A stretch of 64,000 nucleotides of DNA from Bigelowiella natans CCMP2755 (lineage: Eukaryota; Protista; Cercozoa): NCBI GenBank assembly GCA_000320545.1, contig ADNK01001510.1, positions 62,001 through 126,000 of the forward strand, in the 5' to 3' direction. Of the stretch, positions 14,260 through 26,715 are shown piece by piece (the stretch's first letter is position 1; the number at the start of each line of letters is the position of its first letter). The translations under genes and the position numbers were made by a program. The notes under the pieces are model-generated. The model had not been told where the DNA came from. It searched no databases and worked only from the letters and a program-made list of their open reading frames with translations.

Positions 14260-15847
14260 ATGTTGAAACAATCGCACAAACAAGAGCGAAGAGAATGTCG
14301 AAATTCAAAAGACAAAATGGAGTCTGGACACCAACGAACACGGGATCACATTAATAAGGGAAGCGAAGTTCGAAAGCATTTGTCATCCAATTTAAAATCC
14401 CGGCGTGGTTATCGATATTTGAGAAAGGGTAGTGAGAGCACGATCGAGGAACAATCTAGTCGAGAATGGAGGAGGAAGAGAAGGAGGAGGAGGAAGAAAA
14501 GAGAACGACCTACGAGTAGTATCTCTGCAAATAACCGAACTATGATACATCTTCATTGGGAAAGAAGTCATGATAACCGGCAAGGAAATAGGTGATCATG
14601 CTTTTATTTCTAACGATGGGATGGGTCCATCCAACGAATTATTTTTACCTACTTAGGCAGCATACTACTACTGCTACTCCTCCACATCTTCTTCTTCCTC
14701 CTTATAAGAAGCAAAGAACAACCAATGGAACAATGGAGAAATATCGCACACGTATTTCTTCTATGCAAGATTCGAAGAAGGTACTAAACCTACCAATATT
14801 TCCCCTACGTGAAATTGCTGAAATAAGTGATCCTGGTTACTCCCAGCAGCAGCAGCAACAACAACAATGTGGGCCTTGCTATAAGGAGCAGGCTGAAGAG
14901 ATTCACATTTGGAGGAGTTGTCATCACCATGGATTATTCTCAAACTTCACGTAATATTCGAAATTATTCATTTTATGGGTGAAGATTAGTTGTTGAAATG
15001 AGCATCTTTACTTTCAATGTTCGTCAGGTTGGCGTTAACTTTTCTCAAAGATCATTTCAGACAGGATGGACGAGTAGCTGTTGCAATAGACTGGTCAAAC
15101 CTGAAAACTTATCCAACACCTCGTAACAGCAACTTGTGGGATATGTTATTTATGCAGCCCTTTACAACGTCGGGTCAAGATATACGACATGCAAAGATCC
15201 TACGAACATCTTCTCAATTCCCAGGAGATTTTACGTATTTTTCTGGAATATCTGATCGGGGAGGAGATATCCATCCTAAGATCCTCCACCAAGGCCGTCA
15301 ACTCGTTTTACAACATATTCGGGTACGGCCGCATATTGAAGAGAAAGCTCTTAAATTCATCAGTGCAAAAATGAAAGGTTTTCAGAAGATACTCGCAGTA
15401 CACATTCGAAGGACTGACAAGTACACAGAATCGCGATTAAATTTTATGCTTCGTGATGTGGACATATACCATATGATTCAGCTTCACTTAACTATGAAAG
15501 GATACGATAGCTTCTTCCTTTGTACTGATGACCAAAAATTGAAGACTTTCATGAGCTCTGTAGCTGGCAAAACGTGCATCACTTATAATTCACATCTCTC
15601 AAAACACGATCATGTGCCTCCCCATTTTGATGAGAATATTGATGGCTATTCCAAAGCAGAAGACGTAGTTGTGGAAGTTCTATGTATGGCGTCATGCTCT
15701 GGGTTCATTTCCACACTATCAAATGTTGCAAATGGAGTACTTTTCTTTGCAAATGACACGTTGATTAGGAATCATGTTTATCTACACAATCTCGTCACTC
15801 ACTCTGTGAGTAAGAATAGCACTAATCTTGTCAAGTTTAGCGAATAA
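14260..15847 (+). CDS. NodZ/FUT8 (GT23)-like fucosyltransferase, 3 exons (14260-14591, 14657-14950, 15028-15847)
   Basis: Spliced GLFSNFT|LALTFLKDHFRQDGRVAVAIDW matches the N-terminal motif. Motif I LAVHIRRTDK, motif II FFLCTDD and motif III VVEVLCMASCSGFISTLSNV are present. Basic N-terminal extension with no signal anchor. Start codon tentative. Confidence 0.75.
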
Positions 15848-15897
15848 AGCCCCTGGATTTCAGGGAAGAAAGCACAGTCTTGTTAGATAATATATGC

Positions 15898-15939
<42 letters not shown>

Positions 15940-16159
15940 TCATCTTCAACACATGTATACTACATATCATCACATATGCTTTGAGTTCCTTTGCTCTTTG
16001 CAATGATGCCAATAGAAAGCCAGGTAGTGCTAATTTAGAATTTCATCCTAAGTCTAGTGAAATTAATAGATTATTATCAGTGATGATGCTGTACAGTTGC
16101 TTGTTACAATTAAAAGGAAAGCAGTTCAAGATGTTTGCCTATCGGCTACAATCCTCTAA

Positions 16160-17260
16160 TTGTTGGGGACACATGCAACACCTTGACATGCGATAGACAT
16201 TGTTCGTGCATTGAAATGATCACGATGACATGTAAGCTAAATAAATCTAGATGTCGCTGCGCTTTGCAGCATTGCATCGCACTCAGCATGCTGATCGTTG
16301 CACAGCATCCTCTAGTCCCCTAGAACCATCATGCATGCATGCGTCATCATTCATGCAAATGAAAACGGTGTTTTTAAAGTAGCATTTTGCAACAATGCTC
16401 CCTCTATCTAGCTAGAGGCGACAGCACGTATATTTTGACGTGCGTAGTTCTTTGTTGTCCACCATTCGCAGCATGACTTTCGTGATGCAGCAGGAATGGC
16501 AGAAATGTAATGTGCAACACTTGCATGGAGCAGCGCATAACAGCTAGACAGCTGCTGATGTAGTTAATAGTCGCGCGCATGTCTGGATGTGACGACAAGG
16601 ATTTGTCATGTCGTTCCAGCAGATCACATTATTATAGTTTTTGTTAAGATTTTGGATGAGGTTTAGAATGCTAGAATGCATGCCGTTGTCGCATTAGCAA
16701 CTCTAGAACTAGCAAGCACAAGTCTTGTGTTCCACATTCGAAAATGAACAATTGTCCGTTACGCAGGAAAGCTTTCACTAGTTCATAATGACACAATTCA
16801 ATTCCATGGCCTTTAAGGGCTACATAGCGTACACACGTGCGAACATATGTAACTCCACACACATGTTCTTCGCTACATATGGTATAAGGGCTATATACAA
16901 TCGCAATCGATAACCATCGCATCATCACGCAGCTCGTCAAGCATTGCGCGCTAGCGACATTTACGGTCACAAGTATACGTGCATATAGCGCCACTCTAGC
17001 ACTGGCGAAACTCAATTCCACGCGTTGTGACCATCACTAGACGATCACTCGCTCATGTGTTGGCAGCCACAGCATGTTAGCATGTACAACCCTACAAATC
17101 ATGAGCATGCAAAGAAGGCCCAAGACCCACCTAGTCATATGTTCAAACATGAAGTAGCTCAAATGGCCAGTAATGGGCATCCGGGTCGATCTACTACATG
17201 GAGAGAGATCTGCCTACGTGCTGCATGCCCCGCTTTCAACTGTTTCATGCGAATGATGAG
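16160..17260. other. TpA-depleted, TG/CA-rich intergenic island 2 (between convergent 3' ends)
   Basis: Partial TA loss; frequent CTAG/GCTAGC and GCATGC. Confidence 0.6.
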
Positions 17261-17319
17261 TCTGTGGATTTATTGAGTCGATCCCTATCTGCTGCATTTG
17301 AGCGCTACTACGTCTTTCG

Positions 17320-18949
17320 TTACTCATGGAATATTATAAGGTTGTTCATGCCTTCGATTGCGCTCGATTTCGTCTTCCAAAGTTCCCTAAAATAATCGAC
17401 CGTAAGTGCGCGATTTAAAGACTGAAAACATGGACTACGGCTGTCCTATTGATTTCACTACTACTCTTAGTGACTTGAAAGAAATACTACTACCTGATCC
17501 TTACGCATACCAAATGTGACTGGAGTGAATATGTAATTTCCTGGCTCCTCGCAACTATCGATATAGACGACCTACATACAAGGCGTTGCAAGTAGTACAA
17601 AAGATGAAATGAACGATGTTGATGATCATGTCCTTATCTTTACAATTGTCACTCATTCCTTTCTATTGCTACTACCCTGATAGGTTTGGACAGCTGTGAA
17701 TGCAGCGCTTCCATGATTCTCATCTCGATTGCAGGGAATTGGGGGGTGGGAGTGGAACCGTCAAGAGACCTGTGTTATCATCATCAATTGAAGAAGTACC
17801 ACAAAATGCACCATCGGTTGGTAGATACAAGGAAAACATTGCTTCTGCGATTTCTCATTAAAATGACGATGGTGATGTTGGTCGCAAGCAGCGTTGTATG
17901 TGGCATCATTTGGGTAGGTGGTTCTAAAATTGTAGTTGCTCCTGCCTTGAGATTGTGATGATATCCGGATCAATTTTCGAAATAAGCGGGGAGAACTTGG
18001 TGACATCAACATGAACTTCTTCAGTTGTGCTGCAAACATTTTAGAACAACACTTACTACCCAACATAACAATCCAAAGTGATAGTAATACGTGCAAATTA
18101 GATACAGTCTTTGTTCTTTGAGGAACTTCTCCTACTACTAGTACTACTCTTACCTGTAGTGCACAGGATTGTTGCAAAGATGATCGTAAATTTCAATCAA
18201 ATCCATCAAATACCTGATTAGTAAAATGATGCATGAGAGAGGTAGGATAAAGAAATCTACTACTTCTCCCATTCATACTAGCAATACTACCACAAAAACA
18301 GCAACCATAACTGCTGCTGCTGCTAATACTACTACTCCTATTACTACAAAAGGAAGTGGATATATCAATAATATATAAACACTATTGGGTCGTCTTAGGA
18401 TCTTCTTACTGTTCCAATTTTGACTCCTCTTGTTCCCCCTGAGCAATTGGTTAGAATATATTTCATAATCATCATAAGATAGAAGATGATGGTGGAGAAA
18501 CAAAGAACAAGCATATAAACAGTTAGTGAGTTATATGTCGTAGTAGATTATGCTTGCATTGCTAAAACAACCTCCATTTCGCGTATTGGCATGTACTTCT
18601 CAAAGACATCAGCCAGTACAGTAAAATTGAAGTTTGGTAGCAATAATCCTATAGTAGTAGTAGTAGTAATAGAAGTAATGACGACGACGACGACGACGAC
18701 GACGATGATGATGATGATGATGATGAGGCACGAGTCAACATAAATGATAGGGCTAAATACTACTACTACTAATACTACTAATAATAATAAACCAAGTACT
18801 AACTCGATGCAGGCTGTGCTGATAAACACACGAATGAAATCCATGTGATAGGTGTATATTTGTATGGTATTGGTATGCTGTGATGATCCATCCATCCAAC
18901 CAACCAACCAACCAACCAACCAAAGAGAAATGATGTAGGTATCATCAAT

Positions 18950-18985
<36 letters not shown>

Positions 18986-20514
18986 ATATAACCACCTTCC
19001 GGGGCTGCATAATCAATCGCTCCCTATTGTTAGAATACACACATATGTAAGATAATGTATCATCACAGCAGTCATCACCATCATTATACGACAACAGTAT
19101 CGATGTTGGTGAAGATGTTAGAAGACAAAGAGAGGTACATACTTGCATAGTTTCAACCCATAAACGACCCCGGTTTTGAGTGGCCTCGCATGAGGTACCT
19201 ATAATACATGGTTCATAGAACAATGCACCACCACCACCACCACAACAACAACAACAACAATGCCACTGATGAGAAGGAAAAAGAAATATTAATGACAATG
19301 ATCAATAGTATTCTTCTTCTTCTTCTTCTTCCACCGAACATAAGGGCATCATCATCGCACAACTTTGTGCTGCTGGGAAGAGTATGAAGAGGATGGTAAA
19401 CAACAACAAAAGTAGTGGTGGAAAACAACAACAACAACAACAACAACAACAGCCTTGCATGTAGTAAATGAGGTGGATGTGTGGTGAATTATTTAAGTAG
19501 TATATTGTGTAGCGTGTAATTACTACCGTGGGGCTGACAACTGCACATATAAACAATGCCGATGTCTTCAGCTGTCATGTTGTACCGCACTCGCATCTAA
19601 TACAATATATAGAATTCATGCCAAAATACAGATAACAAAATATCTGAGTGGTTTACGGAAATAAACATATCTTTTAACGGAAAATAAGTGCATCTTTAAG
19701 GTTTGGGAATGACTCGTGAATAATACGTTTGGTTGAAAGAAGAAGAAGAAGAAGAAGAAGAAGAAGAAGAGGAAGAGAAAGAAAGACGAAGTATTTGCAA
19801 GCACCAGTTGTGTCCCTGGATTTTCAACTGAGAATGCATCTAAGTCCAAATCCAATATCGTGGTATTCTTTCCTTCTTTACCCTGATGAGTAATAATAGT
19901 GAGTGTACTACATTACTTCACCTACTACATACTACTACTACTACCTCGAGAAGCTCAAGAAAGTTACTTTCCTCTTTTTCATTGACAGAATCTTTTGAAA
20001 CTCCTTTGCCTTCGTAAATATTATTTGTGTGTGTGTGTGTGTGTGTGTGTGTTGTATCACCATGATTATAATCGCAACAACAACATCATCCGGCATGATT
20101 CCTACTACGTATTGATGTTGTCATCTTTCTTCGCAAACCGTAAATTTATTATCTTTTGTGCTCATCATCACCATCATTGTCATCGATCGATCAGATGATA
20201 GATAGTGTCATATCAATTGTGGGAGGGATAAACCACCACCACCGCCAGCAGCAGCAGCAGCAGTGCAAGCACCAAAAAAGGCATGGCTGTATTGTAGTAT
20301 CATCTAAATGCTGCTGCTGCTATATACCTTCACTTAGCCTCATCTTCAGAAATTCTTTAATCGGAGCCTAACAACATAGCAGCAGCAACAAACAACAACA
20401 GCCGTGTATAATTGATTACGATAAATATATCACAATAAATTGACACACTTATACACACACCACATCACACCACGTGGCAAGAAGTTTGTTAGATGGTTTT
20501 GTCTCATTAGAATC

Positions 20515-20549
<35 letters not shown>

Positions 20550-20882
20550 CTTTCTCATTCTCAAGATTACTAATAATAACCTCTCCTCCTTCCCATGGCA
20601 TTTCAAATACTTTCAATGGGACAATACTGAAAGAGAAGCACACGGTAAAGAAATCAATGAGCTTTGGAACATGATGATGATTTCTTGCAACATCAGCAAC
20701 TAGTAGTATAATGATGATAGCGGATTGGTGGTGGTGGTGGGTCACATACTGTTCCATTTCTGTTTTGTCTTCGTCCTCTTTCTTGAATATTCCCATGTAG
20801 TCATGCTGTAGGGGGGGGGGTGAGGAGGAGGAGGAGGAGGAGCAAACAACATATGCAGCAATAGCATCAGCAGGCAGCGTTG

Positions 20883-20919
<37 letters not shown>

Positions 20920-21167
20920 GCAACTTTAGTAGTCTGATCGTTCTTGTATGAAGGTAAACTCGCCAACTATCACCCATCATTACCACCATCACCATCACCA
21001 CTATTAGTTGTTGTTCTTCTATGATCTATGTTGTATAAATGATAGGGGAATGGTTTTTTTTTTTGGTTGGTAGGATATATACAATTTGCAGCATAGCACA
21101 GTAGTACACGACGATGCTGCTATACACCATTGTTGAAAGTCAAAGACGGAGAGCAGCATGGAAGAAT

Positions 21168-21207
<40 letters not shown>

Positions 21208-21824
21208 GGAGGGGGGCCGGTATCATTATCCATCGTGTTGGAACAGAACAGCTTCCTCTTCTTATAATTATTCTTTTTTTTCTTCTAAGAATCGGTAGGT
21301 AGCACTATTTATCTACTCTTTGTTGTGTTGTATTTGATATACTACTACTAGTAGTAGTACGTTGTACGTTGTACGTACTATATCACATACTTCCATATCC
21401 GTAACAAAGTGACTTCCGTTATACCCAAAAGATAGTTTCTTTGATGTGGCAAAAAGAAAAGAGAAGAAGATCACAGTCATCAATAAATCAGCATATAACG
21501 GTACTACTGACAATTTGACGGCTAGTAGCAGCAGAAGTATAATTATCATCATCATCATAAAAGTGGTGGTGTATACATGTTCTCCGGATGAGAAGTTAGT
21601 AGACCAAGGTCGTCTAATCCAGTCCTGATGGTAGATTGCATGTAAAAGTAGTGTGTGCGTAACTGTGTGTATGCATACATCATGTAATAGCCGCATTTAT
21701 CTCTTCATAATATCAATGTGTGAGCTGCTGTCCCAGATAATATAACAGCACATACATGTAAATAATATGTATATAGCTGCCCCCACATACCTACTGCTTA
21801 CAAATAAATATTATGTGTCCTTTA

Positions 21825-21890
<66 letters not shown>

Positions 21891-21898
21891 TACATATT

Positions 21899-21937
<39 letters not shown>

Positions 21938-23093
21938 TATATGTACCATTTCTCCAACGATATCAATATATGTTGTGTATAAATTATATAGTTTGAAGAG
22001 TGTTCTCCAACGATATCAAGAACAACGGCAGCAGTAATATAGTTTGAAGAGTGCACAATGTCTGTTTGTTGTTGTTGATGATGATGATAGATGATAATAG
22101 CATCATCCTTTGAATGATGAAGGGCTACAAGGATGATAGGCAAGTCAACTCATCATCATCATCATCATCATCATGTGGCGAATGGCTATTATCCCACTGT
22201 TGTTCATCCATTCATTACTTACTACTATTGGAACTAATTTGTCATCGTCAGATTGGGTAGTAGCACTCAAAAGAAAAGTAGTTAGTATATTCTTCTTTTC
22301 CTTCTTCTTCTACATGTATTGTCATTTGGCGGAGTTGTTGATGACAAATAACAGTGATCATTATCATTGTTACTATTATCATTAATTCCTCTACTACTTG
22401 CAGCTGCTGCATGGTTCTCTTCGATTTCCTGTGTTTGAAACCTTGAAGAAGGCAAGTACAGTGCGTCGTCACAGATTGGGAAGGAAGAGGAGGAGGAGGA
22501 GGAGGAGTAATCAATCATCATTAAAGTAGGACTCGCTGCTACTTCATCAAGTAAGTTCCAAACTGTTGCTTCAAAAGATGCGGTGTTGTTTATAATGTAA
22601 CACGATTACTGCATATACGATCATACACACCACCATCATCATCATCAACAACAACAAACATTGTATTCTTACTCGTCACAAAGATCGATATCAGGATGTG
22701 TGTCCATATGAACCAACCGACTGTGAGCCTCTAATATTCCTGGTAGTAACAATAGTCATGATCATTATAATAATAATAATACAAATAGTGATAATAGTAA
22801 CACTAAAATAGTAAATCATTCGTTCGCACCAACAGGCAATTGACAGAACTTATAAAGAAGAAGAAGAAGAAGAAGAAGAAGAAAGAGGCTGTAGCGATGT
22901 TAATCGATGTAATTGATTTTAAACAAAATAGCTGTTGGGAAAGATGTGCTTCATCCACTATTTTAGTGCAAAGATTAGTATGTTTACTGGTAGTGGCGGT
23001 GGTGGTGGTTTACAACCTAATTCTCTCGCAAGTGCCCAGACAGGGAGAGAATCATGAGGATCATCAAATACCACGACATTGGTAGCTCTGTTG

Positions 23094-23130
<37 letters not shown>

Positions 23131-23548
23131 TGATGATGGATGATGGATGATGTAGAGGAAGAACAAGAAAAAGAAACCCAAATCGGGACTATATGACTAT
23201 CACATTAACACACACACACACACACAGAGTAGTTGCTGAAAACAGCAGACGAAAAGAGCTTCTTCTTCTTCTTGTTCTTGTTGTTTTTGTTGTCCTTTTC
23301 ATACTAACTACTACTACCACTACTACAACAATCTACTACTACCCTTCCGTTGGCTCAATACGACAAGCAGAAACAATGTGCTCTGTGTACGTTTCAATAT
23401 CTCCCAAATCGATCACCTTTGAAGTATAAACAGCAGGGTCATATCCTCATCATCATCATAGTAGCAAATATCATAATGTGAATATGCTTATTGTTGTTGT
23501 TATTGCTGCTGATAACACACAAGGGAGATGATTGGTTAGGAGAACCAC

Positions 23549-23590
<42 letters not shown>

Positions 23591-26192
23591 GTGTGTATAA
23601 ATATATATCAATATATTATAGATGCATAACTAAACTAGTAGTAGTAGGAGTATTCCATCTCCCTAATAGCCGTGATTCACAATCGCAACTGTCAATAAAT
23701 ACTCACCACTTGAAGTAGCAATTCCTTTGTCGCCAGGGATGTAAAAGTAAAAACCTTGTTTGATTTATCAAATCTCACTACTACTAAAATACTACTACAA
23801 CCAAACGATGATGCTTGTCATCATCCATCATGATGCATTTCTTCTTCTTCTTCTCCCTCTTCTTCTTTATCTTCTTCTTTGTTCTTACTGTAACCCACCG
23901 AATAATAACACTCTATTAAATCAGGGATAATCGTAAATTGTCAACTAGTGCATACAGTATTGTAATGATTAATATTATCTTCTTTTTCGTCGTGTTACTC
24001 CTACCTGCCAACCAACACCTTTTGCTTCAAAGAAATCTCCAGGCTGATGATGATGATATCATGCATAAGTTGTTTGTTTGTCAGGAGTAGCAGCAACACA
24101 ATGGGGGGAGGGAAAGGGGTCAATAGTCATGGCTCCTTAACACCACAACATATTTCTGCTACTACTACTACCACTACTACTGCTACTATTATCACTACTA
24201 CTAATCTTTGACAAACCCTCCCACTCACCCACCCACCTTAATTGTTTCATTGTATCCGTTTTCTGGAACATCTAATTAATTCAGTTGAAGTTGTTATTTT
24301 AAGTGAAGGTGGCGGAGAACAAATTGAGTAGTGTGTGAAATGATGATCGCATTATTATCCAGCTAATATTGTTATCAACTAATATTTGCACTAGTATACA
24401 TGTCATGGAGGGAATACAACTATACTATACTAGTAGTGCAGTCATTATAAAGCAACACCTGTGGAAGCTAGCACATCTTCTCCCGCTGCAAAGTACAATG
24501 AAGATGGTGTGTCAATAAGTTGTTAAAATCGGTACCACTACTACTACTACTACTACTACTACATGTTGTGTAGTAGATTGTCCTTCTCTAACTAGTAGGC
24601 AGGTATACGGCGGTATAATGGTGATGAATCAGATAATTGTTGGTTGTTGTTGAAATATGATGAGACATCGTTGGCTTTTGCTACTTCTTCTTCCTATCCT
24701 CTTCTAGTACCTAGATTCCACACTTTTATTGTTTTTTTCGGATCAGATTCAATCCTGAATGAAACAGCACATATAAATATTGTATATCACTTTCATGTTT
24801 AGTAAAACAAATCTACATACACATTGGGGAGTCCCTTTTCTTACAGCACCTTAGTTTACGCTTGGTTTGTGGTGTTGACATTTGTTTTTATTCTTTCTCC
24901 TATGATTTACTACTGCTGCTGCTACTACTACTACTACTACTACTACTACCATGCTTCTTCGTGAGTGCCGATAACTTCAGGATTGCATCTAACAACAATT
25001 AAAAGGTATAGGAGGAGGTGGTGGAGAATGTGGATGATAATGCGCTCGTTTTATCATAGGTTCTTTGTGTCGTTGCTTTTCCCTTGCATATCTTACATTA
25101 TGCATAAATTCACCCTCCCCCCCCCACACCCCTCCTCCACATACATATTGTGAAGCAACAAACCTACCGGCGCATGGAGACTTTTTCTTTGATTGTGTAT
25201 GTGGTTTCATGACCCTCAGCGTGAAATATACTCACAACCCCTCCTGATTCAGTGTCAACTGCGACGAAAGTGTGGAAGAAGAATGAAGTAAAGCCGTCAA
25301 CTCCGCCAGCTTCGATGGTTACCAACTGATATTATCGTAGAATACAAAATTAAACATTATTGAACATCATCATCTTTTATACTGCTGCTGTAGTTGTTCA
25401 TCCATCATCTTGGATGTGATGCTGCTGCCTGAACTAATATATTGGTAATAGATATATTGAAGGACCGGCACTGGCTCTGCTCCATAGGTACTGTTGACGA
25501 AGAAAAGCTGGACATCTGTTTGCCTCTCTAATGATGATGAGATGCAACAGCAGCAGCAGTAGCAGCAAATTATCAATTAGCATGAGACGTGAATCCTTAC
25601 ACGTGTTTACATTCTCATTAAAAATGAGCAGATCGGACGATAAGATTGATGGCTAATTATGAGCAAGCTAGTAATTTCCAACAAATTCGTACCATTTACG
25701 ACAGTTACAGTCCATGAATCTTGGTATGCGATCGCAGATGGAATGAAACCCAGTATCATCATCCTGAGAATAACAATAATAATGGGGCCATGATGGAGAA
25801 ATTTCTCGTCTGATTGCTGCTGGCAATGGGGATAATTGATACGAACCCATAGACGAGGGCGGAGAAGAGGTGCTTCGAAGTTCTCATGGCAGCCACTTCG
25901 TTATCCTGCAAAAAAAAGCTTTTAATTTGGCAATTCAGTCCTCTTACTGCTGCATAGAACTTCTCCTGGATCGGTGGTTTATTCATTGCTATTCTCACAC
26001 TATGGATGCAATAACAGCAGCGGCTACTCTTCTTGCAGCAGATGTGTGGATTTGAAAGGTTTTGGAATACTTTTGCTCTGAACTTTGATGGAGGGGGGGC
26101 AGTTACTGTTGCGGTCGGAGGAGAGAGAGATAGTTTCTGATTGCAAACTCAGGCTGGCAGCTGAGCCACAAATACAGTGAATCATCAGACAT
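17320..26192 (-). CDS. UPF0489 (C5orf22-like) protein with N-terminal hydrophobic leader and VHL-beta-like domain, multi-exon
   Basis: Exons give VVVFDDPHDSLPVW (~23030-23080), RLVHMDTHPDIDL (~22685-22730), WIRRPWSTNFSSGEH, LDLDAFSVENPG and PVHY|STTEEV..IDPDIITISR|SLDGSTP..IEMRIMEAL, matching the order of UPF0489 motifs. N-terminal MRTSKHLFSALVYG|MMILGFIPSAIA is followed by WTVTVVN|ERQTDVQLFFVN..LVTIEAGGVDGFTSFFFHTFVAVDTESG. Start could be 26192 or ~25890. One GC-AG intron (17945 to 17770). Confidence 0.65.
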
Positions 26193-26469
26193 TTCCTACT
26201 ACCAGATATTTCCTACCGTTCAATGGATATTATCTTCTTAATCATCAGGATATTATCTATAAGAAATCAATATCTTCAGGAGTAGGAAAGTTAGACATCA
26301 TTTTATCACTGTAATTACTACAATTCGTGGAAAATAAGTCAAGAGTATTACAACAATTGTGACAACAGCAACAACAACAACAACAAGACAAGTTGCAATG
26401 GGCAAGTCACAACAATGACGCAAAAACTATCTAAGAAAACTTTGTTAGCAAAATTTTGCTAGTCTTAAC

Positions 26470-26590
26470 ACCTAGAAATCCATGAAAGTTGTTCGTCCAT
26501 TTCCAATGGATTTCCTGGATTTCCTGGATTTGATTTCCTAGGATTTCCTGGATTTCCTGCCTAGGATTTCATGAATTTCTGACTTTCGCA
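26470..26590. repeat. Array of GGATTTCC(T) 8-9-mers, with one inverted copy (GAAATCC), at the edge of island 3; possible DNA-transposon subterminal repeats
   Basis: ggatttcctggatttcctggatttgatttcctaggatttcctggatttcctgcctaggatttc at 26508-26570. Confidence 0.7.
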
Positions 26591-26715
26591 ATGTCCGTCC
26601 GTTGTGGGACAACATCCACCATGAAAATCACTTCAATCGGTAAAAAAAATAGCTGGGCAGTCAAGGATGCGAACAGAACAACTAACTAACTAACTGAAAA
26701 AAAGGAAGAAAAATA

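Noticed and set aside
17380-17450. Possible stop-codon reassignment or readthrough in the last UPF0489 exon
   Set aside because: An open phase-0 frame exists, and conserved genes (CCT2, TKL) have no in-frame stops and end in standard TAA.
26508-26570. CRISPR array or telomeric repeat
   Set aside because: 9-bp units without unique spacers in a eukaryotic context; not a TTAGGG or TCTAGGG type repeat.
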